A stretch of DNA of 64,000 bases from Macrostomum lignano (GCA_002269645.1 NIVC01001232.1:86238-150237); one strand, 5' to 3'. Positions 46,411 through 58,100 are shown, numbered from the stretch's first letter. A program made the numbers and translations. The notes: a model not told the origin generated them from the letters alone.

Positions 46411-48149
46411 GCTGGATTGACTTTCTGCGTTTTTTTTTTGCGCCCACCGACACCAGCGTCCGAAGCCCCATCAATCCCTATCCTATATTCTCCCTACTGC
46501 TCCCTGGTCTGGGCCTATATAATAGACCTTGCGCTGCAATCACAGTAATATTGCCCAAAAACCCAGTCCCTAGGGTTGCTAGGTCTCTCCAACTCTGTCT
46601 GTCGCTTAGGCCTCAACCGCCCCCCCCCCCAAGGTTACTAAATTCTGACGATGTGAAATAGGCGCATTTTTTGTTTTCCTCCGCTTGCGTTTACGGCCGT
46701 CGCTCCAGTTTATAATTAATTAGATAAATAATTTTATTTTCTTCATTTGCCTTCTCTCTTTTTTTCTGAACTCTTTTTTGGAGCGAAATTGTGTCCGAAA
46801 ATGGTCGGCTTCGTCGGATTTTTCAGTAACTTAGGGTAAACATTATTATTAAGCTGCAGAATGCAACACTTTAAAATGTAGTTCAATACTTTTTTGCTTA
46901 TGAGTCTGTTGAATTTTGGTCATTCAAGACGGACACACACACAGACAATTGCTCTGAAGAAAAAATGCATACAATCCTACATGCACCATACATTTTTTGT
47001 CTCGCATATTACATAATATAATAATTATATTAATTTTGTGTCTGCACTCTTTTTGAAATTTAAATTTCTATGTAACCAGAAGAGCATGCTTATGTAGTAC
47101 CAGAAATAGCGTAATAGCAAAACCATTTTCATGCTAAAATCATACATATATATATATATACGCATATCCATATCCTCAATTATATTACTGTGCTGTTATG
47201 CAAACTCTGCAAGCGGAATCGAACCTGGAACCCACCCGGCTAATAATTATTGCACACGTAAAATAGCCTATCTGGCTCAAGATAAAAAGTTTTTATGTTT
47301 TAAACGAGAATTAAAACTCAACTTTCTTTGCCTATATATATTACGCTTATTTTTTGTTTAAAAATTGATTCATTCATCTTTTGTTCTCTGTAAAAAAGTG
47401 CACCCTATCCACCGTTTCACGATGCAGTTTAGCAACTCACTTTGTGCTCAACTATTTCTTGTAATCCGCTAGCCGACTAAATAACATCTCTTTGTAATGA
47501 AAGTTTACCTTAAAATAAAAGTGAAACAGGCCCATCTGTGTGACTTTGTTCAACTGTGCGCGCAGTCCATTCAAATATTATGTTTAAAATCTTAATTTCC
47601 CATTTTAATGTCATTTTATGTACTAGAATATGTACTCTATAGCATAATCATTCTATTATAGCTACCGTAGAAGGTAAGGCACCATTAAAATCCCCATTAC
47701 TACTAGGCATTCTACTGGTGTAATTATCATTCATATTATTTATCTTTATCGTTAATTGCGAAGACCCCCCCCCCAGCCAACCAATTACAATCTTATTCAG
47801 CTCTAGGTCCCATCGCACTGCCAAAAAAACGCAAGCAGTACATTTTCCTTTTACTTAATTCACTTAACTATGCGTGTGCGCGTCATTTCAAGCTGCCATC
47901 CTCTGCCCTCGTACCAATTCTATTTTTGTTTTGTGTTGTTTTTTCAATCCTTGCTTCATTTTTTGCCGTATAAAAAAACATTTTTTGCTCCTAACGCACT
48001 TGCGCTCTGAAGAAATAATAAAACGCGCTAAAAAGTGGCTATTAGCCTGTGGAATTAAAGCTTTGGGAATTGTGTCGCTTGTGTTACTCATTTTCTTTAT
48101 TTTTAACTTTTGAGTGAGGCATTATAGGCTTGATAAATACTTCCCACGT

Positions 48150-48690
48150 GGACCCGGCCATAGACTACAGAAACGCATTTATTCACCAATGGGGGCCGAC
48201 CATAGACTACAGAAACGCATTTATTCACCAATTGGGCCCTGCCATAGACTACAGAAACGCATTTATTCACCAATTGGGCCCTGCCATAGACTACAGAAAC
48301 GCATTTATTCACTAATGGGGGCCGACCATAGACTACAGAAACGCATTTATTCACCAATTGGGCCCTGCCATAAACTACAGAAACGCATTTATTCACTAAT
48401 GGGGGCCGATCATAGACTACAGAAACGCATTTATTCACTAATGGGGGCCGATCATAGACTACAGAAACGCATTTATTCACCAATTGGGCCCGGCCATAGA
48501 CTACAGAAACGCATTTATTCACCAATTGGGCCCTGCCATAGACTACAGAAACGCATTTATTCACCAATGGGGGCCGACCATAGACTACAGAAACGCATTT
48601 ATTCACCAATTGGGCCCGGCCATAGACTACAGAAACGCATTTATTCCCACATAGGCCCCGCCATGTGCTAAAGAAACGCATTTATTCAGG
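48150..48690. repeat. 42 bp minisatellite (CCATAGACTACAGAAACGCATTTATTCACCAATTGGGCCCGG), ~13 units
   Basis: Regular period. Confidence 0.96.
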
Positions 48691-48767
48691 CTAAATAAAT
48701 ATTTCTGTATTCTATGGCCAAGCCCGAGTGAGGAAAAACTGCTTTATCCCCCAGTTTCATATATCTA

Positions 48768-48838
48768 TGGCCGCAAACGGCTTTAGCCTCGGGTTCGCCT
48801 CGGTCTATAAACGAGTCCTCAGCAACCGTTTGCGGCCA
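48768..48838. other. Inverted-repeat hairpin with a 13 bp stem
   Basis: TGGCCGCAAACGG ... CCGTTTGCGGCCA. Confidence 0.8.
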
Positions 48839-49422
48839 CAATAAATGAAACAATTGGATAATGACTTATACTTCCGCATTTCTAGTGCAATCACTTCCTT
48901 GTTGTACTTGTCCGCTTTTCGAAAAGTGAATATATACTCTTAGTGCACTACTAAGGTAACCTGTTGTGAAAAATTTAATGCAAAAAAACAAATTTCTTTA
49001 AACTCCAAGCCGAAAAGCCGAAAAGCCGAAAACTTTTTCTAAAAAGTTTAAGCAGGGGTCACCTTTAAAATTACTTAGGCATATATTTATAACCCCTGCA
49101 AATTTGCTTCTTAAATTTCCTGAAAATCTTTTATAATGAATATCTTTAATTAGTCTCCCATTATAAATATTATATTTGTCCACTATTGAGGGGTGGCGGC
49201 AACGAATATTGTCTAAATGAGAATTACCTAACTTTAAAAAATGTAGAAATTTCACCAACTAAAGACTTCATGAACTATTGATTTAAAGTGGTAGAATATC
49301 GCTTTTGGTGATTTAGCCTAAAGCTTTTTAGTTTCAATAGCGTGTCTGGTTTGCAATACTTTCCCGTCTGTGATTGGTCCGTTAAATACTCATAGTTGAC
49401 CATATTTTATCACATTTTCTAG

Positions 49423-50268
49423 CAGCCGTTGAACCGACGCGTCTTAACCCTGCTGTCCGCTCCGGCGGCGGCTGGCCGCCTCATGCGCGCCGTTGTCGCA
49501 CGACGCGGCGCCAGCAGCGGCGGCTCGTTCAGTCAGAGCCAGACTGACGCGTCCTTTGTCAGGCCGTCGGCCTGGACTGTCGGCCTCGCCCGGTTCGCGG
49601 TTGGCTCTGGCTTAATCCTGGCCGGCGCCGCTGCTATTCAAAGATACAATGAAGTCCGTCGCATCACCGCCAGGCCAGACTCCTCTGACGAATTGGCCGC
49701 CATTCGACGCGCCTTCCGATTCAGTTTGGACCGCGGCGGCGAGCTCAGCCTTCGCCGGGTGTCCTACTCGCGCCTGCAGGAGCTGGTGGCCACAGGCCGA
49801 GTTGACGAGGTTCACATCTGTCCAGCTGACTCTGCCCTATACGCATTCGGGCCCACGTCTGATGGCGGTCTTCGCTGCTATGCCGTTGAGGCCGCGCCTG
49901 CCAGTAGTCGCAGTCTGTCGGTGGGTTTGGATTTCGGTGGCCAAGCAGACTGTAATAACGACTCGGCTGAGCAGCTCGCCGATCGGCTGGCGGGGTTCCG
50001 CCGGCGTCTGGCTGTTGTCGACGTTGACAGAGGCCTGTTGGAGCCGCCGCCTCTTCGCGTTGCCTGGTGCGCAGGACCCGTTCTCGGCAACGGCGATAGC
50101 TCTCACTCGCCTGCTCCACTGTCGCTGGAAACGCTGCTCACGCCCGGCAGCGCCGCCTGTATAGCCGCTTGGGCAGGTGTGTGCCTTCGCTGGCGCCTAT
50201 TGTACCTGGCGGCGCCACTAGCGGTGCTTTGTTCTGTGCCAGTGCTTATTTTGCGCGAACAGAAATGA
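49423..50268 (+). CDS. Intronless putative mitochondrial inner-membrane protein: Arg-rich presequence, TM1, FtsH/paraplegin intermembrane-like domain, TM2; no AAA or M41 domain
   Basis: Open frame from the acceptor TTTTCTAG| to TGA; RVSYSRLQELVATGRVDEVHICP resembles the FtsH_ext consensus; first internal ATG at 49483. Confidence 0.65.
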   Translation, partial: QPLNRRVLTLLSAPAAAGRLMRAVVARRGASSGGSFSQSQTDASFVRPSAWTVGLARFAVGSGLILAGAAAIQRYNEVRRITARPDSSDELAAIRRAFRFSLDRGGELSLRRVSYSRLQELVATGRVDEVHICPADSALYAFGPTSDGGLRCYAVEAAPASSRSLSVGLDFGGQADCNNDSAEQLADRLAGFRRRLAVVDVDRGLLEPPPLRVAWCAGPVLGNGDSSHSPAPLSLETLLTPGSAACIAAWAGVCLRWRLLYLAAPLAVLCSVPVLILREQK

Positions 50269-53200
50269 CTAGAACGATTATTGCATAAAACATTGAAACT
50301 CAGTGGCTGGTTATATTATAAGGGATCTGTTGTTGAATTGCCTACACAATTTTTGAATGTACGAGTACGTTTCATATTCGCTTTGTAATATCTGCGCATT
50401 TTACTCATAGTCTTATTTGTTTCTTATATGATAGGTTTTCTTATTGTGAACTTTGTTTGACTGTAATTGCAGTCCAACCGTACCTGTGTTGACTCTTGAT
50501 TATAATGTAGCTCTTTGAAAAATTAAATCAATCTTAACCTAGTTTCCCAAGTTAAGTGTAGCACGCATACACTTTAAAAAACCGTTAAACTTTGGTCGTG
50601 GTCAGATCATCATATTTTATTTCGTTACCGAGAATGACGAGTTAACAAAGATTGCCTGGTAAAAATTCCACTGAAAGCTAGACAGTTCTTTATTAACCAA
50701 TCGGTGGACCAAAGGAGACAAAGAACTAAATGGGAGAGAAATTTTAAATCGATTTCCCTACTTCGTAATTACCCTACATGTAATATAATCCGAGCAGTGG
50801 CGTATGCTGAAATTTAATTTGGGGGGGGGATAACTAGATAAACATCTTACTAAATAATGTCACCTCCAGGAATTGACTAAATACATGTTGCCCTGTTTTT
50901 TGTCCTGGAACTTTTGGTGCTTGTTTTGATATACTTACGTGGCCAACACTAAGAAATTATATTGACCCTCAATGGTACGTGTATAGTGAAGATAAAATAT
51001 AATAATAATCCTAATCCCCACCAAAGCTAACTTCAGATACTTCGAATGTCATTCCTGATTGAAATGAGCTGACCAGAATTGGTGTAGTTGATTGACTTCA
51101 GATGACGGCATTGTAGACGATAAAGTGATTATATTTAGGCTAGAGCTTTTACTTTACTTTAGTCTATTAGTTTTTAAATTCAAATTCTGTATAAAAAGAA
51201 CAAAAAATACTTTATCTATTGTTTTCTATTTTAAAACAACATTTTGTTGTGTTATATTTTTTGTAAGGTACAATTTTGATTTGCCAAAAAGTTGATGTGA
51301 AAATTTCTACGTGAACGTGTCGCGACGAACCTAAAGTTGTAATTCTGTCTGTATAACAATTTATGTTTAATAAACGTACCTACAAAGTTCTGCACTGCAG
51401 GCTGTAGACTGTAACCTGAAAGTATCAAACTTTACAAACGAACTACATTTAAAAAACAAAAAATCTGTCAAAGGTATGAGTAGTTACTTTGGATTTCCAT
51501 CTGGACCTACATACAGGTAAGCCCTCCACTAGGCACTTCAGTGAGAAAATTAAATTTCAGAAATTGTTATAGGCTGCTATTTCACTAGATAGATCTTACT
51601 TTCCCATTTCCAAAATGGCCAAACTTTAGTGATTTGGTTGAGTAATAAGGAAACTACAGCTATTTTAGTAACCCCGATTTGTGCCTTTAGCCAATGGAAT
51701 TTTTACATTACGGTTTGTGATCATTTTTGGCCAAAAAGTTGGCTTTTTGTCTTTGAACACTTGTAATTAATTTTCTAGCCAACCAAAATGACTGTGCTTG
51801 GTGTCATTTTGTTCAGTTTTTTAGTGTTAATTGTATGAATTATATATTTTAATATTATTTTATATGCCCAAGTTGCTAAGCTAATTGAAACAGGATGGGT
51901 GTATGAAATTTTGACTATTTTAACCAGATACGCAATGATTGCAATTTTAAAAATACAATAGCATCTGTTCTGCTTGCTTAATTTATACAAGGCTAGTGTC
52001 ATTTTGTTCAGGTTTTTACCTACTATAATACTATTCTACTTCTTGCCCTAAATTTTTAATGCATGACAGACACCCCAACTGCAATGTAATGTGCTGTACA
52101 GGCTTTGCGCATGGGTTTATTAAAAAACGGTTTTGCCTATCGTGTTCAGCATAGCAGAATTAGTTAAATGACACAGAGAACTAGTTTGCCGGAAGGCAGA
52201 GTCTCACAAAAAACACGAAATACACGTTTCAATGGGTATTTTACATGTAAACGTATCAAAAAAAGAAACCTCCACAAAATTTTTGCGCCTATAGCTATTG
52301 GCAAGCGGTTTTTTTTACTGTGCTTGTATTGTCAATAGGTAATGAAAAATATAAAGAGAAACAATGCAGGAAAAGGATTTCATGGAAAATTTTGGATTTG
52401 AAATTTTGCATAGAGCCATATGGGCATTAAAAGAAAAAAAAAATTTTTTTTAACACCAGAAAAATGTTTCTAAATTATCCCTTTACACTATAAAACCTTT
52501 GTTTCCATTATAAGAAACACATTGCAGCTAAGAAAAAGCATTTTCTGAACCACTGTTTTTTTATTCATTTTGGCTTCAATTTTATATTCCTCCTAAAAAA
52601 TGGTCAACTTTAAAAATAGACAGTGCAAAAAGTATAACAAAGCTAGACTTGCAGTTGGTGTCATTTGAAAGAGCTCCTTTTTACCTTTTAAATGCATATT
52701 TTACTTTCATCCTAGCTTCTATAGTTTCTTTAAAATCGCCCTTGAAAAATTGGACTTTTTTCTTACTTTTTTGCCATTGGCACGCACTTCTTATAACTCA
52801 CTGAAGTCCCTACCTCCACTGCCTGCAACATATTCGAGTCTATTTTGTTTCATCTGTATAATAAAAAATCATTTTCTTTATTAAATTCTAATTGGCTAAT
52901 GTTTTAGAATTTTTTTCCTGCATTTAAATTAAGTCGGCTCAATCAATGTCTCTGTCTAAGTGGTGCAAATACTAACATAGGTATTTCAATGAGCAAGTGA
53001 GGGTCCCATATTCCTATTTGAATATGCATACAAAAGACAAATTTTTATATAAAGTAGGCTTTTTTGTTGATGAATAACTTTGCTATTGCAATGTATTTAT
53101 GTAAAATAAAAAGCAATTATAAACTACAAAGAGAAAAATATTTTGTCTGGTTGTTATAGCATAGACTCAGTAGAGAAGAAGCAGTTTATAAATATTTATT

Positions 53201-53282
53201 TAGCTATTATTAAGACAATAACAAACTATACTTAAAATTTTGACAGAAAGGCAATACGATAGATAGATTTAATAATAGATAC

Positions 53283-54331
53283 TGAGGTGGGGGTGGAGAA
53301 ATTAATTCTTGGAATACTCGGTTTCAATAACTTGCTGACACCAGTGAGGTTTCCATCAAATTTCCATCAAAACGTTGAGTTTGCATGAATAAACCGGAAA
53401 ATCGCGCAGAGGAAACTCAACAAGAAAATTTCTCCTTTTCTCCGACTGCCAGGTTCTCAAGTCCGGGGGGAGGGTAGTTGTATCGTAGTGGAGCGGTCGT
53501 GTAGCGGTGCGGTCGTTCTAAGCGATGAAGCACCGGAGATTTTCTGACTCCGTAAACTGATGCGTAGGGTTGTCAAGCTGATTACTTTCAATAGGGTAGT
53601 TGCTGCCACCACCGTAATTTACATATTACGGAACAATAAGTCTTAGAGCCTTCTTTGAGATGAGTACTTGGTTATTTTACGCCCCACGGGCAAATGACTT
53701 AAGATATACTATAACTTTGGATATTGAATAGATATTAAAAAATTAGAGTTACTAAGTTTATTAAGTTGAATTAAGTTTATTAAAGCAGGCTTAATAAGCA
53801 AACATTAAATATTAATTAATGATGAACAACTTCGATGAAGACGGGGGTGTGACTTAAAACACAAGATACAAGATAACAGAAATAAAAGTAAGAGAAAGCG
53901 TTAAGGACTCTAAACAAGGAAAACTAAACTTAAACACAAGCCTAAACAAAACTTAAAATGCCAAGAAAACACAAACAAAAGGAGGGGAAAGGAGAGGGAG
54001 AGGGAGAATAAAACCTCATGCAAAATTCATTGCGAGTTATATAGGCAAAAGGGGCTTGGACCACACGGTATGGCCAAGGAGTGGACATGCATTGGGGCAA
54101 AAATACATGGAGAAGGACATGAGATGGTGCGGCATATCCAACACTTAAGAAAAACAAAATTAAAAGAGAAATCCCGCCACATGCAACAAAATACATGGAA
54201 CGGGGCGAAGACACACCGCAATGAGAGTGATGCAAAACCAAAGCCAGGGAACTCCACGTGCGCCACATTCATGTCCCAAAGTTCAATTTCATCAAATCTG
54301 ATCAATTCTTCGTGGCAACTCGCCTGCCACA
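53283..54331 (-). repeat. 3' LTR
   Basis: Highly similar to 62689-63750. Confidence 0.95.
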
Positions 54332-54557
54332 TGCGCAGGGCGGCTGGCATTTAGCGGCGAGAAACTGCAGCTCCCGCTGCCATACCTTGTCCTCGGCCAC
54401 GAGAGTCGCGTGCAGGTTGGGCTCTAAGCTGGGTCGGTTACGGCAGTTGGGGCGGCTGAGGTGGCTAAGGCAGCGGGTTGACGGGCGCCGAGCTTGCAAT
54501 GCGGGCGCTCCGGCATATCTCCAGGGATAGCGTAATGCTGCGGCGCCTAGTTGAATG

Positions 54558-55127
54558 CTAAATGGCCAGGGTGAGCAGGCTGCAACACGGGCCGATATGC
54601 TGGCCCCTGGCCAATCGCAGTTGGGCGCCGATCGCCGTGGCCGCTGATTCAATGGCCCGGGCTGCCTCGTGGGGCGCATTTTGTCGGGCAAGCATGCTCC
54701 AAGTGGGGCAGTTGTTGGCGTGCCTCGGCCCTGGTTCGTCGGTGACTTCGCAGCACAGCAGCTTAGAGAGCTGTTGGGCAACGTCGGGCTCAGTATTGTT
54801 TGCAAGGGGCACTTCGTTGAGCTTTTGGGCCGGCGGTCCCCGGCTCTCATCACTGGACTAGTCCGTTGGCGGCATTGGCGGGGTGGTGTAGGCTGGCTCC
54901 AATAGCCTCACCACGTCATCTTCATTGAGCACCGGCATCGGGGCCATGTACACCTGGTCCAGGTACAGATTAGGCCAGGCCTCCTCTGGACTTGAGTTGG
55001 GCGCTGGCGGGATGTAGGCCTCAACAGGGTCCATGTCAATGTCCGCTCCTCCCAGGAGCTCGAGGAGTGACCAATTGCCGTCGAGGTCGACTGAAACAGC
55101 GTTTCCCCACACTGGGTCACCGGACAT
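54558..55127 (-). CDS. Extra 3' ORF of the Gypsy element (acidic/Pro-rich part, TAG at 54858-54860, then a Cys/His-containing part in the same frame)
   Basis: MSGDPVWGNAVSVDLDGNWSLLELLGG..PPMPPTD*SSDESRGPP..LLCCEVTDEPGPRHANNCPTW.. Confidence 0.5.
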
Positions 55128-56179
55128 GTCGTCGTAGTTGTACACAAACAAAATAAATAGATAAAACTAATGGGTAAGCAAAAATGTTTACAGGAGGATC
55201 TAATTACAAGTGGACGATGGGGGATGAACGCAGTCAAAATAGTAGCCGAAGGAGAAAATATATATGTTTAGCAGAGAGGCAAATTACAGTTTGAGAAAAT
55301 TGGGACCAAAGTAAAGCGCTGCCTTAAATACGACAAAATTTCACCCGCCGCTGGAGAAGGTTTCCAAACACGGGCCACGGGGGACGTCCATCACCCCGCT
55401 TGTACTCTATGGCGGGCACACACGGAGGTGGGGTAGGTGACAAATAGTAGAGTCATAAAACAGATAGTTAACCGCGGCAGCAGTAGGGGGGTCCAAATTG
55501 AATGAAATCAGGGCACCTTAAACGGCTCACATAAAAGGGGTCGGCTGTTAGAAAAACTGAATAAAGCGTAAACAGTAACAACTAGAAAGGATAGAAAAAT
55601 AAAGGAGCAATTGGCGGGCTCCTTCATACTAAGATAAAATTTAATAGGATAGGTTAGCAACCGATATTATCATGTGGGGGCTCCATAAGGAGTTATAGGA
55701 ACAGGGGCATGCAAAAGGCACTAGGAAAGGGAGCCAAATTAGCAGCCCCTAAAATGTTCCCAGGCTCAAACAAAATCAAACAAAGAAAAAGGGTCAAGTC
55801 CTCAAATGGCCTCCGCTGAGGACAAGGCCTGGATCCGGGGCGCTTGACCTAAACGGGGCATAGAAAGCTTGGCCCATGAGCAGCGGGCTCACAAATAGCA
55901 GAGAGAGGGGGGGAATACTTCTGCACTTTGATGGCGTGCGGAGAAGTTTACAATTCAATCGGATGCGCAGAAATCAATTGAAATTGCTAAATGATTTTAC
56001 TGTATTGCATTGACTAAATATCACATATTGACGCATTGGATAAATATAATCGCATTGGTGCGAGCTTTTGCCAGAAAGCTTAAGGATAAATAGAGAAAGC
56101 ATGCGGGTGCTGAATTTAATGTAACGCATGGGGCTAACAAAATTGAGCACTATACAAGAGCACAGAGAATATGCACTGC

Positions 56180-56500
56180 TTTTACCTGAAAGCATAAGGA
56201 GAAGGGCAAAATAACAGCAATTGATACCTGCTTTTGTCCTGGAAAGCATAAGGCATTGGCAGAATTGAAAATTAACAACTGCTTTTGACCCTCAGGCATA
56301 AGGAAAGTACATTGAAATTAAAATTAGCGCTTGCTTTTAGCCTGAAAGCATAAGGAGAAATGACAACTGCTTTTAACCCTCAAGCATAAGGAAAGTATAT
56401 TGAAATTAAAATTAGTGCTTGCTTTTATCCTGAAAGCATAAGGAAGCAGCAAAATTGAAAAATGACGCCTGCTTGTATCCCAAAAGCATAAGGAAATAGC
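56180..56500. repeat. Degenerate ~60 bp tandem repeats in the Gypsy 3' non-coding region
   Basis: Recurrent ctgctttta.cc.gaaagcataagga motif. Confidence 0.8.
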
Positions 56501-56669
56501 AAAAATTGAAAAAAATGAACTTTAAAAAATCTGCTTTCAGCACAGAGCGGGTGCCGAGAAAGCTTACAGCAAACTAAAATTGAAAACGCGTTCGCATAGG
56601 TGACTACTGACAGTAATGCGCATCAAAAGTTTGCAACTCGGCGCAATATCAAATTCGTTGGTAATTACC

Positions 56670-58100
56670 TTAGATCTCCAGCTCCATGCCGATGTCGGGC
56701 AGATCCGGGTCACCTTTAGGCAGCACTTCCAGATGGCGGAGGCTCGGCTCAAACAATTGGCTGCCGCGCAGGTCAGGCTGAGCTGTGACCAGCTGTTCGG
56801 TAGCGGGCTGATCGGCTGGGTCAACTTCGCTCTCGTCACTAGACTCGTAGGGTAGCATTGGCCGCTCTGTCTGACGCAGCGGCTCCTGCAGTCTGTCGGC
56901 CATCATCTGTGGCACCTTGATGATGTTGTTGCGGTGTACAAGCATTTTGGCGGGGCGTCCACATTGGGCTATTGCTGGCTGGATCCAGTAGGCTACTTTG
57001 CCAACCTTTCTGCTGACCTTGTACATGCTTTTGTACAGCCGGTGGAACTTTGGCAATTCGCCCAACTCGAGCTTCAGGTTGGCTAAGCAGACCAGGTCTC
57101 CAGGCTGCAGTTTCACGGGCTTAGGCTGGTTCCCGTAGTACTCTTCGCGGCGTTGAATCTCAGCTCGCAGTCGTTGTCGCACAATCCTCTCAGTCTCGGC
57201 CAGTCTGCGCTGGTGCTTTGCAATGTACTCGGGGAGGTCCGGCGATACGTCCAGGTGGTCTAGGGTGTTATCGATTGGGTAGCGATAGGGCACTCCATAG
57301 ATGACATAGTGCGGCGAGAATCCCGTCGTGCAGTTTAAAGCTGATCGCAGGGCTGTCAAGGCGGCTGGCAGCATCTTGTCCCACTGTTGATGATCTTCGA
57401 GGAGACAAGTGAGCACCTTCTTGATGTTTTTATTGCACGATTCAGCTTGTCCGTTGGCCCAGGGCGAGTATGGCGGCATTGTGGTTTGTCGGATGCCATA
57501 GACCTCACAGAAATGCCGAAACTCATGCCCAGTGAACTGCTTGCCTTGATCCGAATGGATCCTCGCGGGGATTCCAGTGATCGGGAAGACTTGTTCCTGC
57601 AGCAGAGTTATGATTGTCTTGCCCCGCTGATTCTTCATGACGAAGGCGAATGGATACTTTGACGTCGTGTCGACGTAGGTGAGGATGTACTTGTTGCCTC
57701 GGTCTGTCGGGTCTCCAGTGGGGCCCATGATGTCGATCGCACATTGCCCATAGATTTCGCAGACTGGAAATGATTGTACATGCGCTAGGATGCGTCGCCG
57801 TCCTTTGCTCTGAGTGCAGGTCTGGCAAGAAGCAACATAGTCAGACACAGCCTTGGCCAGGGCCAGTCGCCAGAATCTTTCGCACACTTTCGCAATGGTG
57901 AGATCTCGCCCCATGTGTCCGCAGTAGGGAGAACCATGCAGGTCGGCGAACACAGCTGCGTCGAGACTCTTTGGCAGGACGATCCTCGCTTTATCCTCCT
58001 CGCCAACATCGTTGAGATGAATGACTAATAGTCTGTCATCTTGGACTTCCAATTGCTCATAGAATGCTAGGAGATTTCTCTCATCTCTCGTCAGATTCAA
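56670..58100 (-). CDS. Gypsy integrase (HHCC zinc finger, DDE core)
   Basis: LHGSPYCGH..CQTC, AIDIMGP, IHSDQGKQF, YSPWANGQAE. Confidence 0.92.
   Translation of the reverse strand: MNLTRDERNLLAFYEQLEVQDDRLLVIHLNDVGEEDKARIVLPKSLDAAVFADLHGSPYCGHMGRDLTIAKVCERFWRLALAKAVSDYVASCQTCTQSKGRRRILAHVQSFPVCEIYGQCAIDIMGPTGDPTDRGNKYILTYVDTTSKYPFAFVMKNQRGKTIITLLQEQVFPITGIPARIHSDQGKQFTGHEFRHFCEVYGIRQTTMPPYSPWANGQAESCNKNIKKVLTCLLEDHQQWDKMLPAALTALRSALNCTTGFSPHYVIYGVPYRYPIDNTLDHLDVSPDLPEYIAKHQRRLAETERIVRQRLRAEIQRREEYYGNQPKPVKLQPGDLVCLANLKLELGELPKFHRLYKSMYKVSRKVGKVAYWIQPAIAQCGRPAKMLVHRNNIIKVPQMMADRLQEPLRQTERPMLPYESSDESEVDPADQPATEQLVTAQPDLRGSQLFEPSLRHLEVLPKGDPDLPDIGMELEI

Noticed and set aside
48103-48681. 14-residue repeat ORFs, and a CRISPR-like appearance
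   Set aside because: Pure tandem units without unique spacers; no cas genes; eukaryotic context
53942-54354. ORFs inside the LTR (mirrored at 63445-63785)
   Set aside because: Frames differ between the two LTRs because of indels; no coding features
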